Source: Magallana gigas (Eukaryota). Taken from it: a stretch of DNA of 64,000 nt. Where the stretch lies: positions 50,654,001-50,718,000 of the forward strand of contig NC_088854.1 in NCBI RefSeq assembly GCF_963853765.1, in the 5' to 3' direction. The notes below the pieces were generated by a model that made no database searches, was not told the origin of the DNA, and worked only from the letters and a program-made list of their open reading frames with translations. Positions 37,101-52,500 of this stretch are shown here, piece after piece; within the stretch, counting starts at the first letter, position 1, and every line of letters begins with the position of its first letter. Made by a program: the position numbers and the translations under genes.

Positions 37101-37790
37101 CTTCCACACACATCAATGTCTCCTTTTAGGATGCTTTTACTGTAACCTTGTATTTCGGTATTTTATCAGAACAAAAGAATATTCGGTGATAAATGACCCT
37201 GTACTGCTTAATCATTGTAACTAACAGAAACATAGGCACCTATCACTCCTCAGACAAAACAGGGAAAGCACTTTTTTATGTCGCGTAGGCCATTCATCAG
37301 GAAACCTTATGAATGATTTCAGAAAAATTGTCGTGAACTGTATAAGAACAATTTCATACATCTCATTATATTTATGAGTTCAGTAGTATCTCTAAGAGAT
37401 ACTTGAAGCAAAGCTTTAAAACGGGGAAAATAGAGATATTCATGCAATTAAACATTATTTTTTGGGTGGCTTGTTTTGAAGGGTGTGGGTTTTTTTTACA
37501 CTGCTGGTCGAAATATTCTTGATAATCTCACCCCATCCACCAATAATGATAGAAATTTGCTTCATGCAATATATTAATACAAATTGACTAATAAGCGCGT
37601 ACGTAGCAACTGGTACGCGTGCCAGTGTATGTTTTCGAAGGTCACCAGGGGAGGGAGATGCTTTTTGTAAACAGACAATTATTCTTATAATATATATATA
37701 TATATATATATAAGATAACTTATGTACGTTCACCTGAAGAAGGATGTAAATCCAGAAAGCGCTAGTGAATAGAAACTTTGGAACTGTTCA

Positions 37791-37921
37791 NNNNNNNNNN
37801 NNNNNNNNNNNNNNNNNNNNNNNNNNNNNNNNNNNNNNNNNNNNNNNNNNNNNNNNNNNNNNNNNNNNNNNNNNNNNNNNNNNNNNNNNNNNNNNNNNNN
37901 NNNNNNNNNNNNNNNNNNNNN
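37791..37921. other. Assembly gap
   Basis: 131 N bases. Confidence 1.
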
Positions 37922-38376
37922 TAAGGTTTGTAAAATGCCCGTATGAGGAATGATTAGATATTGCAAAATTAAAACATCATTAAATCTGATACTTTAAAAA
38001 AAAAAATAATTGAAAACAATGTATATTTAACGTAACATCGGTTTGTAACCCGTAAATATTTTAATTACTTGCAATAGGTTGATTTAAACTGGCGTATGCG
38101 TGTCAAAACCTCCAAATAATGTCATTTTTAAAACTTCAATGCCTTTTCTTTTATAAAGTGGGTCTGACCTCCATATTTTTGTCATAGTCTAAATGCGGTT
38201 TAATGGAATTTAAACCGATTTTAATCAACAAAAATGTGGAGAGATGATCCACTATACTTTAAAAATGCCACTTTGTAGCCCAACAATTGAACGTTTTAGA
38301 AAAATAATACAAGTCCGTAAATTCGTGGCCAACGCCTCATATAGCATTTAAACAACGTACTTTGTTGTGAAGGAAA

Positions 38377-38453
38377 TGGCTCAGTGGTTAGAGCACTGGA
38401 CTTTAAGTAACTTTATAGAACTTAGGTTTTTAGGTTGTGGGTTCGATAGCACC
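38377..38453 (+). mobile_element. tRNA-derived (SINE-like) head
   Basis: Box A-like TGGCTCAGTGG and box B-like GGTTCGAT; overlong, unpaired central part, so not a functional tRNA. Confidence 0.5.
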
Positions 38454-40516
38454 AAAACTTAAGGATTTATTATTTTTTTCTTATCGTTTTTTGATATATT
38501 TCAAACTGAATATAGTTAGAAATTACCCTTGTATTATAACATATCAAATATATTTAATTGAAAAAGTGTTAAATTTGAAATTGTATTTTACGACTAAACC
38601 AAATGGGCAGTTGCGCCATCTTATTCCCCCATCTTCTTTATTTTAAGTGGTCTCTCCGAATTTTCGGACGATAAACTCAGAGAAAGAGTTCACATATAAA
38701 TCAAATAATAAGCTGAAAAACGCAGCACCCCCCCCCCCCTTCCCTTCATAACAGGATCAACAGGTTTGGTAAAAATGGTAATCCTTCCTCCTAATATCAG
38801 GATCATCAGGTTTGGTGAACATGCTACATGTAAATAAAATGTGATTCATTTTTTTCTTGCTACGTGTCTGAGTATCATTAGTGGGTGCTACAACATGTAT
38901 TTATATGAGCAATCGTAAAAAATCAATAACGTAATAATAGTATTTAGTATTATTTCCGAGAAATATATGTGCAAGACTTGCATAGTCTGTAACAACTGTC
39001 TTTAACATATTAGTTCATTAGTTCATATATTAGATTATTATCATTTTTAATAACGCGCAATTCTCTCCGCATATTTGGTGATTCGGGTCTCGTTCAGCAG
39101 TGTCAGAATCCTGTCATTTTGCCATTTTTATTTCGCAAGCATGACTAGAAATTCAATGTGATGTAATTGAAATCACAAGGTGAAATTTAATTTTATTGAC
39201 CAGAATTTCGACATTTCCGTGTTGCAGGAGTCACATGATTTACTTTTTGTAAACACACTTTCACCCCTCTATTATAATAATTATCAACTGTCATTTAACG
39301 ATTTTGTTTTGTTGGATTTTTTTCTTCATTTTTACAATTTTTTTTAGTTAATCATAGCTTGTGTTAACTTTCATAATGATGAATGACTTAATAAAACATT
39401 GAGCGATTTATCTTTGTAACAGAGACAAAATGATAAATCATCTGAGCTTGTAAATCTTGGTTCTTTGTACGAACTCAATAAACAACATGTACTTTGTATC
39501 ATTAATTAATAATTAACTTGCCCTAATGGTTATAAAAAAAACAAACAAAAGATCCACAAAAAATCTTTAGTTTATGTGCCATGATTCCCAAGATTAAAAA
39601 GTTCGTCAACAATACATTGTCCATTTCTGCATGTGATTGAACAGTGTATATCATTTTTTTTGCCCATATATTAAAGTATATTTGATTGAATGAATCGTTT
39701 TCACATTTATCTTTGAATGAAACCATTATTCATACTTTTTAAATAAGTATCTAGAGGAAAATCCGTTTCCTGCATAGCAAAGTTTCCGCATGAACTTTTC
39801 AAATTACGTAATTCATCTGAACAGCAGCGATAAATCATATAATTATTTTTTTTTTTTTTATTAATGATGATCATAACTTAATTAAGTCAAAAATTTTCAG
39901 GAAATTACCTAGGACACCTTATTTGAAATTGTATCAATTTTGTTTTTCATTTAACTAAAATACTGGAAGAAAAGATTACATGTGCATTTTTAAAACGTCT
40001 ATAAGAACTATAAGTTCTGTAAAATTTATGTCAAGGAAAAAGGAACGAATGCATCTGTAAACTTATAAATCATTTCTTTGTCCTAAAAATGACTGATTAA
40101 AGTCATTTGTTTAAAAATTAAATGGATGACAATTAGGGGATATTTACAATTGTACACAATGCAATTTGATTTATCAGAATAATATATGGCGCCAGTAGTC
40201 ACAAACACCTACGTTACAATCTGAGCTAAGTTGTACTGAAAGTCTAGAAATACCAAATTATGTATTTAAAACATTTAGCCCAATTAGACCATGACATTTA
40301 ATGAGAAACGAAAGAAAAAAAATACCTTGTGTAATTTTTTGAAATTTATTGATGCATTTGTCAAAAATACCGGTATATTAAGCATTTAAGAAATCAATGT
40401 TTGTATTTGTTATTGAAATTATATCTAGCTTCCTTTTTAAATTTTTGACTTTTTATTCCAGAAGAAACAAAGAGCAAGAAAAGTATATTTATCTCCCGTA
40501 AACGACGCACTTAGAT

Positions 40517-43500
40517 ATGTCCCTACTATTAGCATTTGGATTTCTGCTACTTATTCCATCATCGCAAGGTAAGTAATTGTATTGTTATGAATTTAGATTG
40601 GCTAGATGGCTGTTGCCATTTTCAGACGGTATTAATCTCCTTAAGAATTCTCTATAAAGATGATGGAAATTTTTCTTTACTAATAGTAGTTTATAGCTTA
40701 AAATTGCATCATACTAAAAATTAAGGTACATTGTATATATGTAGGCTAATTTGTTGACCAGCAAACCATCTTCGATAAACAAATTTTAAAAATCGCAGTT
40801 TATGATCTATATTGTATAGTGTATAATGGAATGTTTATTAATCAAGTATTTTTTATATAAAGGTCAATGGGCAGGTACTCCTGGGGGCGGGGGTAATAAT
40901 CCTGGGGGAAATAACCAGCAGGGCGGAGACATTCTGGGCGAACAGACAGCCCCCGCACAGCTCCCAAACATCCGGTCCCAGCAACAGACGCCCGGATTCC
41001 CCCAAAACTTTCAGGGTTTCCCCCAGCAAAATAATTTTGGAGCTCAGGGGTTAGGTGAGAGAGGCCAAATGTTGCTGCTAACCAATGGTGCTGCCAGTGT
41101 ACTCATAGCGAACCGTGACCGCCTCCCCCGCGACAGAGTCCGCAGGGTGGGCGTTCCGGTCTCACTTATTCGTGCTTTTGCTATTCAGCCTGAGGTTTTG
41201 CTTCCATCTTCGCTTACAGCCAATGCTATCTCTAATGTTCGAACAACTGCATCCCGGCGAGGTAGGCTTTTTGATGTCACATTTATCAGTAATAAATCGA
41301 AATGAAAAGATTTTATCTTTGTTAAAAAATTTTGATTTATAAATTATATCTTTTATAATATTTGAACACTTACACATGTAAAAGATTAATTACCTATAAG
41401 ATTAATTGCTTTAGTTTTGTTGTATATTGTATAATTGTTACTTTTCACGACATGTACATTGTAAGTCTAATCCTCCAATAATAGTAAGTTTTTTTAATGC
41501 ACTACATGCTTTGCAATTGCACAATGTATTGTATGAATTGCTTTTATGTGTGTTTATTTTGTCAATTATCATAATGATGTATGTACATTCACATGTATTA
41601 AATGTTGTCTTTTGAGAATACCCAACCGCTTATATATCATATAAACCTTTACTGTCAATAGTTCATCTTTTATTAGTTACAGTGAGAATTAGATAAAATA
41701 TAATATCATATTCCTTTTTTATTTGAATTCACGATTTCCCTGTTGAATCTTAATTTGATAAACTCATAACCGAAAAAACGTATGTTGTGTCCGTTTAAAA
41801 CCGCAAAGTAATGTGTTTTTTTTTTTTAAAATAAGCATGTTTCAATTGTAGGCGGCGGAGGTAATCCTTTCCTGAGACAACAACCCTTTTTGCGTCGGCC
41901 TCGTAAGTTTTTAAAAAAAGAATTCCAATCTTTATTATTTTGGAACAATTTTTCTTATAGATAAGCATTGCAAACCCTTCTTTTTCTTTCTTCCTATATG
42001 AAGCATTTTTACCACCATTTGGAAGACAAGGACAGTTGCCATTTTCGCCATTCAGAGGTTTGACACTTTTACGTTTTTTCTACTCTTTTAAGACGATATT
42101 TTAATATTTTTTAGATACAAGTATACACTCAAGTTTATATTTACATTTTTCTGTTATTAGAAATAATTTTAATTGCCAATATCTTTCATAGGACCTTTTT
42201 TTCCGTTTTCACCTTTCGGAGGTATGAACGTCCAAATATATGTACATGTATATATCAATGTGTATAGAATATCCAAACTAAGCACAAACAATTATTTTTT
42301 CCAATGCACTATACTACAGTGTATCTTTTAGCTGAATTACAGTTGCATGTGCTTTATTACATCTTTAGTGTCACGTGTATGTTATATAATCGAAATTTTG
42401 AAATTCCAATTATCTTATTAATTATAAATTACACCATTATGCACTAGATTATTAATAAGTGACATATATGATATAACATAAAGTGATATACTTTTTAAAA
42501 AAATCTCCGTGAACAGAGTTTTGTTCGAACTTACTGATTTTTAATACATTTAGTATCATAAATTTCCAACATTAGCCTTTAATTGTTTTATCTCAGAAAA
42601 GTGCACGACAAAACATTTTTAAGGTCTTCTCGTTATCAAACACACTTCTTATGATAAGAAATTCATGAAATTTTGACACAGTCAAACGGATCATATTACC
42701 AAGTATCTATCAGTTTAATCAAATTTGACCTTTTTGTTTTCGCATAAAGGTCAGGTCAAGGTCACTACCTTTTTCCTCAACATAAAGGATGATAAAAATA
42801 AGTGTAGCTCTTTGTAGTTCTGTAGACATTTGTTTAAAATTTGAAGATTCTGTTCTTCAATGAAATAATAGAATATCAAAATGTCTATCAGCTTATACTA
42901 CTTAATTGAAATAAATATTTATACTAAAATTGATATTGCTTAGCCCGCATTTCCTCTAACTTTCTTAAATTTTGAAGAAATGTTGATCATTTTATTTTAT
43001 TTTTTATGCTTCCAATTATAAAATACTTCTTATTTTTATGTATTATGAAGACTTTATATAAAGATATAAATCGACAGAAAAGCTTATGTGTTGACCATAT
43101 AATAAGAGAGAAAAACATATTTTAGCGATTTTTTCCCACAAAAATCAATGTATTGATTGGGCGCTTTAAAAAGCTTGTAAAAAATGTAATTTGATAGGCA
43201 AATCATATTTTTAAAACATATTCTGAAACCCAAGTATCATATCATTAGTTCACATTGGTAAAAAAAATCCAACATTAATGTTATTGTTTTTAAAATGCTA
43301 AAACAGACTCATTAATCTGCAGCAATTCTGAATTGCAAAACATGTGATATTTTCCTACGCCAATACTAAGCCAAAAATATAGCCCTTGTTAGATTCTTAA
43401 CATTGATTAATTTTTCTATGCAAAGTTGTATGATAGTAAAAAAGAAAGAAAAATAAAAAAAATTAATTTCCTTTCATCTCGATTTACTGAACAATTAAAC

Positions 43501-46500
43501 AAATTTACGTTTGACAAGTCAAAAACCAGAAAAAGACTCCTTTCTTAATTTTATTTCGAATCTGGCGAAAATTGACAACGGCTGTTTTATGGTTTATAAT
43601 CCGCAAACTTTTAAGGTTAGGGTTAGGGTTAAGTGAACAAGGGCGTGCTTCAAAGTAGCATCATAATTCGGATAATTCAACAAAATTAAACAACTTAAGT
43701 TCATAGAAATCCAAAAGTTCACTTAACGATCAAAGTTCACTAAAAGTTCAAAGTTCACAGGTTAATACCTTGACCCAGGGAACTGCAGAAGTTGAGTTTT
43801 TATCGCTGACTCTTGGGAGGTAAAGGGGTCGATCTCGGCATAATAAAACATATACTAGTCTCAAATCACAAGTACCAAAATTTCAAACTTTATACTGACT
43901 TATATAATCTTCCATACAAATTTTATAAAAATGAAATTTCAAACTTGATACCGTTTTCACTCGACAAGTAGATATAAATACGAAACATTATTAGCTTCAC
44001 AAGCAATCAATGGGCACCCATCTTATTTACACGTACCAAGGCTTCTGTATTGCATACAATGTATCTATGCACTTTAGTATTCATAGCTTGGTGGTATTGC
44101 TTTAATACTATATTCATATATAGTTATGTCTTATCAATTTTGTTATAAACTATGTGTATTTAATATAAGTGAATCAAACGCTCAAAATAACCAGTATTTT
44201 CATATGTAACAAAACCAACTATTCCATGCCTTTTATTCATTTCATATGCAATATATGCAATTTTTTTCACGACAGGCAGACCAGGTTTTCCACCAATTGG
44301 AGGTAACTTTGGAGGTAAATTCGATTATTTCTAATTAACACATCAATAACATTACCATTTGTATGTGATATATGTGGTTGCAAAAATATCTATGAAAGCA
44401 AAAAAAAAAAAAAAAAAATAAGCACAAATTATCAATTAAGGATTGCGTAAATTAACATTTCAAAATGTAAAATACTTAAAGAGTCTTCATCTATCTCGTA
44501 TTTATTAAGTTTTCCAAAGACCAAATGAATATGTTAATTGAAGAAAGAAAACGTTTTTTTACTTGGACATGTAATTCACGAGATTTTATAACTTTATTTA
44601 AGGACGACCTGGACTCCCCGGATTTCCTGGATCTCCCTTCGGTATGTACTAATTTATTACTTATAATCGTGAACCGGTACAAATGTTCATTATTTAAAAC
44701 CCACAGGCACCTGACGCTTTCTCATATATAAAAATATATAAATGAACCTCCTACCTTATAATACACAGGTTTATTATTAGGGAAATGGTATATATTTGTT
44801 ATATATGAAAAATATATAAAAGTCAGGTGCTTGTGTTACACTACCATTACTCTACGAGCTAGAAACGTCGATTACGTGCACCTTTCAGAGACTTGAAGAA
44901 TTTGAGTTTATGATTTACATTCATTTTATTTACAGGACAACAAATCCCATTCCAGCAACAGCCCCCGTTTTTAGGAGGAGCCGGAGGTATGTGTTTTGGT
45001 TGTGATATTCCAGTTGCTACAGTCTGCAAACTGCGCGCGGTTAATTAGACAGCGATACAAGAGTTATGAAACCAGTTTTGCATTTATTTCTGCCCCAATG
45101 ATATTTGTTTTGAATTGAACTTGAATAAATTAAATGTTATCTGATTCCTATTTCATGGATATTAATTTTTTATTTATTTATTTTTTCTTCAGGTCAAGGT
45201 CAGGGGCTTCCTGGCCAAGGAGGAAATGGTAAGTTTACCAGAAAGATCCTCTAAAGATACGACTGAATTGTCTGAATTTGACATTCATCATATTTTTTAA
45301 TGATGTCTGTACTAATTTAACATTTTTTTCTTGATTTCTCATAGCTTTTGAATTTCAATCACCTTTTTCTGGAGACTTAGGTATGAATGCAAAGGAAATG
45401 AATGTTATTATTTCCCTTTGTTATCGTACTTTGATCAAAATTTTAAACAATCTAATAGACAGGGAACAACGCAAATATTATGTTCAAACTAACACATTTA
45501 ACATTTTTACAGAAGAAATTCTTTCATGATATAAAAGAATTTTAGATAAATAGAGATCGAATGTGTAAACCAAATGTATGCCACCAACCATCGTTCATAT
45601 ATGGTATAAACGGTGTGATGGGACCCCCTTGTTTCATTGTAACGACAAGTTAGCAAGATTTTTGTTATATTGACCAATAATATTTTTTATTGTAATCCTG
45701 GAGAAAAAATTCAAATCCTTCACTCTATTCACTTCACCCTGGGAATATGGATTTTAAGCTATTTTGTATCCTATATTGCATTGTTTTTAGTGCATGAAAT
45801 CCTTTTATTTGATTCAAAATAAATGGAATCATCAACAACATTTCTTTTCTGGTTGTTTTTTATTTTATTATTTTGAAAAAAAAATTGATTAAGCTTTTAT
45901 TTTCTGTTTTAGGTGCAGGGGGCAACCAAGGAAATAACGGTAAGCTTAATCTCTCCAAATTTCTTATTATGCACAATTGGTTGACTGTATCGTCAAGTGT
46001 CGCTCTCATTTAAGGAATAAGGAATCATTCTTTAAGTATTATGAGGTAATATATTTGGACGGGGCGTAATTAATTCCAATAAAGACTGAAGAGCTTTATT
46101 ATAGATTTGATCACGCCCCGATCGATATAATCACCTAATAATATTTAAAGAAAGATTCGTTGTTACTTATAATTATATAATTTAAGCAATTGTATTAATA
46201 TTAGAATATACCTAATGTTAACTATCTTAGAAAGAACTTAATGCAAACCCTCTTGCGCGCCAACAACACGTCATTTGTATTTATAGGACAGTACGTTTCA
46301 AAAACTGATTCGTAGTGTTACCAGTGACATACAAAGACGCTTAGTAATATTATATGAGAAATATATTACGTCAGGTGCTTGTGTTACACTACCATAACTT
46401 CTCGAGCCGGAAACGTCGATTCCGTGCACCTTTCAGAGACTTGAAGAATTTGAGTTAATGATTTACATTCATTTTATTTACAGGACAACAAATCCCATTC

Positions 46501-49500
46501 CAGCAACAGTCCCCGTTTTTAGGAGGAGCCGGAGGTATGTGTTTTGGTTGTGATATTCCAGTTGCTACAGTCTGCAAACTGCCCGCGGTTAATTAGACAG
46601 CGATACAAGAGTTATGAAACCAGTTTAGCATTTATTTCTGCCCCAATGATATTTGTTTTTAATTGAACTTGTATAAATGAAATGTTATCTGATTCCTATT
46701 TCATGGATATTAATTTTTTATTTATTTATTTTTTCTTCAGGTCAAGGTCAGGGGCTTCCTGGCCAAGGAGGAAATGGTAAGTTTACCAGAAAGATCCCCT
46801 AAAGATACGACTGAATTGTCTGAATTTGACATTCATCATATTTTTGAATGATGTCTGTACTAATTTAAAATTTTTTTCTTGATTTCTCATAGCATTTGAA
46901 TTTCAATCACCTTTTTCTGGAGACTTAGGTATGAATGCAAAGGAAATGAATGTTATTATTTCCCTTTGTTATCGTACTTTGATCAAAATTTTAAACAATC
47001 TAATAGACAGGGAACAACGCAAATATTATGTTCAAACTAACACATTTAACATTTTTACAGAAGAAATTCTTTCATGATATAAAAGAATTTTAGATAAATA
47101 GAGATCGAATGTGTAAACCAAATGTATGCCACCAACCATCGTTCATATATGGTATAAACGGTGTGATGGGACCCCCTTGTTTCATTGTAACGACAAGTTA
47201 GCAAGATTTTTGTTATATTGACCAATAATATTTTTTATTGTAATCCTGGAGAAAAAATTCAAATCCTTCACTCTATTCACTTCACCCTGGGAATATGGAT
47301 TTTAAGCTATTTTGTATCCTATATTGCATTGTTTTTAGTGCATGAAATCCTTTTATTTGATTCAAAATAATTGGAATCATCATCACCATTTGTTCCGATT
47401 GTTTTTGGATTTAAATATTTTGAAAAAAAAGTTTGATTAAACTTTTATTTTCTGTTTTAGGTGCAGGGGCAAACCAAGGAAATAACGGTAAGCTTAATAT
47501 CTCCAAATTTCTTATTATGCACAATTGGTTAACTGATTCGTCAAGTGTCGCTCTAATTTAAGGAATACAGAATCAGTACTGAGTATTATGAGGTGATATA
47601 ATTTGTCGGCGCGTAATCAATTCCAATCAAGCCTGAAGGGCTTTATTATAGATTCGATCACGCCCCGACCGATACTATCAACTTATAATATTATAGATTC
47701 GTTGTTACTTATAATTATATAATTTTAAGCAATTGTATTTATATTAGAGTATAATTAATGCAAAGTATATTAGAATATACTTAATGCAAACCCCGCTATC
47801 GCCCCAACAATAAGTCATTTGAATTTATAGGACTGTACGTTACAAAACTGATTCGTAGTGTTGTGACATACAAAGACACTGAACAATGTAAATGAATTCG
47901 TGTACTTTGGAGTTCAAATTTCATCTTTCTTTGTTCTGTACGTATAATCAGTTTTTTGTATCAGGACTTTATATTCTATAAGCATTACAGGGAAATATTC
48001 GCCCGTTTTATTTTCGTCCCTTACACCCTTGTTGCCAGCGGGCGAATTTAAGACTGTGTGAATTTCGATGTTTCATATTATCTTTTTTCAAACACAACTG
48101 TGTATGGGCGACTTCAAGACGGTGCGAAACTGTTTGCTTGTGTAGAAGGGTGAAAATTAAACGGGGCAAATATAACCCTGTATACAGTGATGCTATCTTG
48201 GGTGTTTTCCATTAGAAGGGATTTCTGACATTTTATGTAGCAATCAACTTCAGTCATTTGCTTGACTCCTGTATAAAGGACATGATATTAACCATAATAA
48301 CCATTTGAAAAGGGGATTTTAGTGAATCCAGAGATGTACAGGTTATTGCTTGTACTTGGACAAAATATTATTGAAACTAAATTTAATATTTTAGCTCAAC
48401 AACCGTGGAACATACCTAGATTCAACCAAGGTACAAATTAAAATACCAATGCATCTGTGTGTCAAATTGTCTCGTAAACCACTAATACTGTATATAAAAC
48501 TAGGGACCAGCTCTCCGTTTAACGTGCCATTGTCTTTCTAGAAATGTTTAATTTGTATTCTAATGTAACAATTTTCTTTGTCTTCACTATGGATTATAAC
48601 GAATAACACTTTTGCTTTCATGCGAATTTCATGTTTGGAATTCAGATTTTGACGAATCAAATTTTTGGGCTCTAGACTTTTTTAACTTGTTTCTTGTGTT
48701 CCTAATTGCTGTTTTACGACGGCTTTACTTTTTAAGTCCTGAAAGTGTTACTTATGGATAGACAAATACTCGCTAAAAGCTCGAGTAAGGGCTATTAAAA
48801 TGCTTTTTCTGTCATCGCAAAGTAAAATAATAGATAAATTGATTGCTTTTCGTTCTCTGACATCGTTCATTTTCTGATCGGTTTTGCAATATGCTTGCTT
48901 TGCAAAACATAAATCAGATTTTCAGTTAATGCTCGAACTATTTTGTGTTTAACATGCACTTTTTGTTTTAAATAATGAAAAACTATATTCATGCTACAAA
49001 TTCTTAGTTTTTAAAAAAAAATGAAACATTTAATTTATTCATTTTCATATTTCAGGCCAAGCTGGGCAGGGTAAGATATTTGATTATAACTTTTGGCGGA
49101 GTGCAGTCACTTCTATAGAAACATTTAGTACATTTGTTGAATAAATATATTTTGTACCGTTAGTAAATAGATTTGGTTTACGTTTTCTAGCCATTGGTAC
49201 TATACCTCCACTCTCGTTTCCAGCGGGTATGAATAGTGTAGTCGATTATTGTTTCACTCTTGCATATCATAAAATGCATTTATATGTATTATACCACAAC
49301 TTAAATATTAAGTACGAACAATAAATTGAATACACTTTTAACTAAAAAGTATCAAAATGGATAACTCAGAAAAAAGCTAAGATGCAAATTCCGAAAGCTT
49401 GCTGAAAGTTATAAATAAACTGCAGAATATTTAAAAAAGAATATACACGTACATGTAAATAATGCTGTATTGTTTTAATTAATATATTCATTTGGAATCC

Positions 49501-52500
49501 AAGAAAATGCATCTTGTTTCAACAAGTGAATTCAGTTGGTTGATTGATTTAGTTAGACTCAGTTTGTCCTTTGCTTAACACATCTTGTACTTATATTATA
49601 AAAAAAAAATTGATAAATTGGCACTATGACCGTAGATTTATGTTGAATTCCTTTGTATATGCATGCATAAAGTCACACCATTTTAGTCATTCGATGTATA
49701 ACGACCAGTCCATAGAAAATGTCGATGATAGATATGGTAAAAGGCGTACCGAATAAAAGAGATTCACCCATGGAATCTTTAAAGGGACATGGTGACGATT
49801 TTGATCAAATTCTATTATTTACAATGTTTAAAAAATGCAATTACCAAATGAAATTTGCGAGTTAGTCGTAGAGTTATAAGCAAGATACAGTGCTCACAAG
49901 TCTTTGTCATGTAAAACAAGGCTCGTGTTTTGTTTTTGTTTACTTAGGTTCGATATACCACTAAAAATGTTTTTCAAGATTTGTCTATTATCTTATTCAT
50001 TTTAAGCATAAATAAGAGTTCCTAACCTTTAACACATTCATCTTAGGTGTTAAACTGGAATTTTCACCTGAGCATTCAAAATGTAAATAAACGCTTTGTT
50101 TACATAGCAAAGAATTGTAAGCTCCGTAACTCGCTTTTGTCTCAACGAATGGCACTAAAATTTTAGTTGCCTTTTAAAAATTCCTAAATAAAGCATTGTA
50201 AACATTAAAATTGAAAAAAAGTTTGACTAAAATCGTGACCATGCCCCTTTAAGTTGTTTAACGTTTTTAGTTTTACCTCATTTCGCAGGTAAAATAGGTA
50301 ATTGGAATCTATGAAAAAAATATTGTTACATTCGTCTTTTGAATTGATAAGCATCTAATACTTATTGCTAAATAAAAAAGATATAATGAGTCTTTATCAA
50401 TATCATGTCATGAAATGTTTACCATATCTTATCATAGAGGCAATTGATACATCCATCTTTATTTTTGGAGGAAATATATCAACAGTTTTTTAAAAAGCTT
50501 CAAAAGGTTCGGTTTAAAGACAAATTCAATTTATGCTGGTGCATTCCTTTTGTTTTTAAACATTTTCATCACATAACTAAATAATTTTAAGCTATCGTTT
50601 GTTATACATTGAATAACTGAAATGGAAGGAAAAGAAATAGAAAAATCTCACGGCTTTATAAATATTTACTTTTGAGTAAAAGATTCGTAACCTATAAAAG
50701 CATACGCTACCATATACTTTCCTTTTTTATGCACAACTATCCAAAACCCTGATGTCTATTGATTGGATTTTAGACACCTTTTCACTTCCATCTATAATTG
50801 GCTGGTTAAGGGTGTGCATATGTTTATGTTAAACTTATGAATAGACCGAACGTTTGGATATAATCGTCAAATATCAATGATAAGCTTTGCTTATCAATTT
50901 AATTGGCAAAATAATGCTAGGAATATTTATGTGTTATTTAATTCAAACATACGATGGCTTTTGATATGATTATAGAAATATTGACATTGATAACCTCTTT
51001 TTTAATAATTGTTTACCACATCTTTAGACCCCATTTCAATCTTTTGCTTTTTCAGGAACAGGAGGAGGTGGATTTCAACTTCCCACAAATGGTACGTTTA
51101 TATCTTAATTACATTTTGGATTTTTTCAATCATAGATTAGCACATACGAGGGCTGTTCTTAAATTACGTACACTAAGAAATTGTGCAAAGACATTTTTGA
51201 AAACATTTTTGAGAAATAAATTTGTTATTTTAGGTCAACAGCCTTGGAACATTCCTAATTTTAATCAAGGTACAACATAATTATGTATTTGTCAATAAAA
51301 AAAATCGAATTCTGCTAAAACAGGTTACAAATACTTGCTTTCTAGCTCTCGCTCTTCTAATGACCTTAAACTGACGAAAACACCACTTTACTTTAACCGT
51401 TAGCAAAAAATAATTTAAAACGTTTTAAGCCATTATTTGAACTATTACACGCTATGCTCCATTTATTTTTGTCGCCATTGCCTTGAGAACTATATTTTCA
51501 ACTTTATTTAAACTGTGAACTGAAATTGCATTGATTCTCGCTCTCTGTTTGTTCTGCACACTGTTTTGCAACACGAAGTCCACAGTATGTTTAACGTGCT
51601 TCTTTTTAATGACCTTCAATGCTAATGAATATGAACGTTTTTAAAGTTCATTCTGAAGAACTAATATTGAAAATATGAAAAACTATCTCTAAAAACCTAT
51701 GTCATATCTGCTCTCATAACACCTGCTTATATGTCTGTACTTTTTGTTGTAACAAGATACGAAAGGATTGTTCTATTATTTTTATCTGTATGAAACATCA
51801 AATTGTATTTAAAAATTAAAAAAATTCATAATTTTCACCATTCGTATTTTTGTATGATTGTTTCTCATAGCACTTTTGATATTTTAATTTGAAAATCGTT
51901 TTCAGCGATGTTTTATTCTTAACAGAAATGTTTAACTCATTTTTTGCTGAATGGTTTGATGAACGTTTCACCTTGGCAAGGATGTAATATTGTAATGCAT
52001 TCTTGTAAAATACTTATCATTGATTTTACTTTATGCTCTTTTTAGGTCAAGCTGGACAAGGTAAGATAAACAATTTTGATAGTCTTTGAAACAAAAAATT
52101 CAAAGATTTAAAGTTTCTCTCATCAGTAGAAATTACTTGATTTTGATAAGAAGCATTAGCATGATAGATAAGATGTAAAAAGTCAAATAGGCGAAAAATT
52201 GCAATATCAGATAAAAATAACCTTTTCAAAAATTGTGTTTAGTCAATGTGAACAAAAGGCCTAGGCGGGTTCGAACCCACGATCTACGGTTCACAAGCAT
52301 GGTACTTAAACCACTGAGCTATGACGATATAAACAAAATCGATTGATATTAACAATTAAACAAAACATATATATCGCCATCTTGTGACGTAGTACAAAAA
52401 AGGTATCAGTTTAGGTGTAGTGAGGTACCTTAAGAGACACATTTGTTTACATTTGCGTACATATATTGACCAACTTATATAGAGATTTTATTTACGTTTT

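Noticed and set aside
35480-37130. GC-richer patches with scattered splice-like sites between CRYZ and the gap
   Set aside because: No consistent frame or recognisable product could be assembled.
38377-38453. Functional tRNA gene (also 52256-52326)
   Set aside because: A/B boxes are present, but the acceptor and anticodon stems do not pair.
43613-43633. Interstitial telomere (TTAGGG)
   Set aside because: Only about two perfect units within a repeat-like intron segment.
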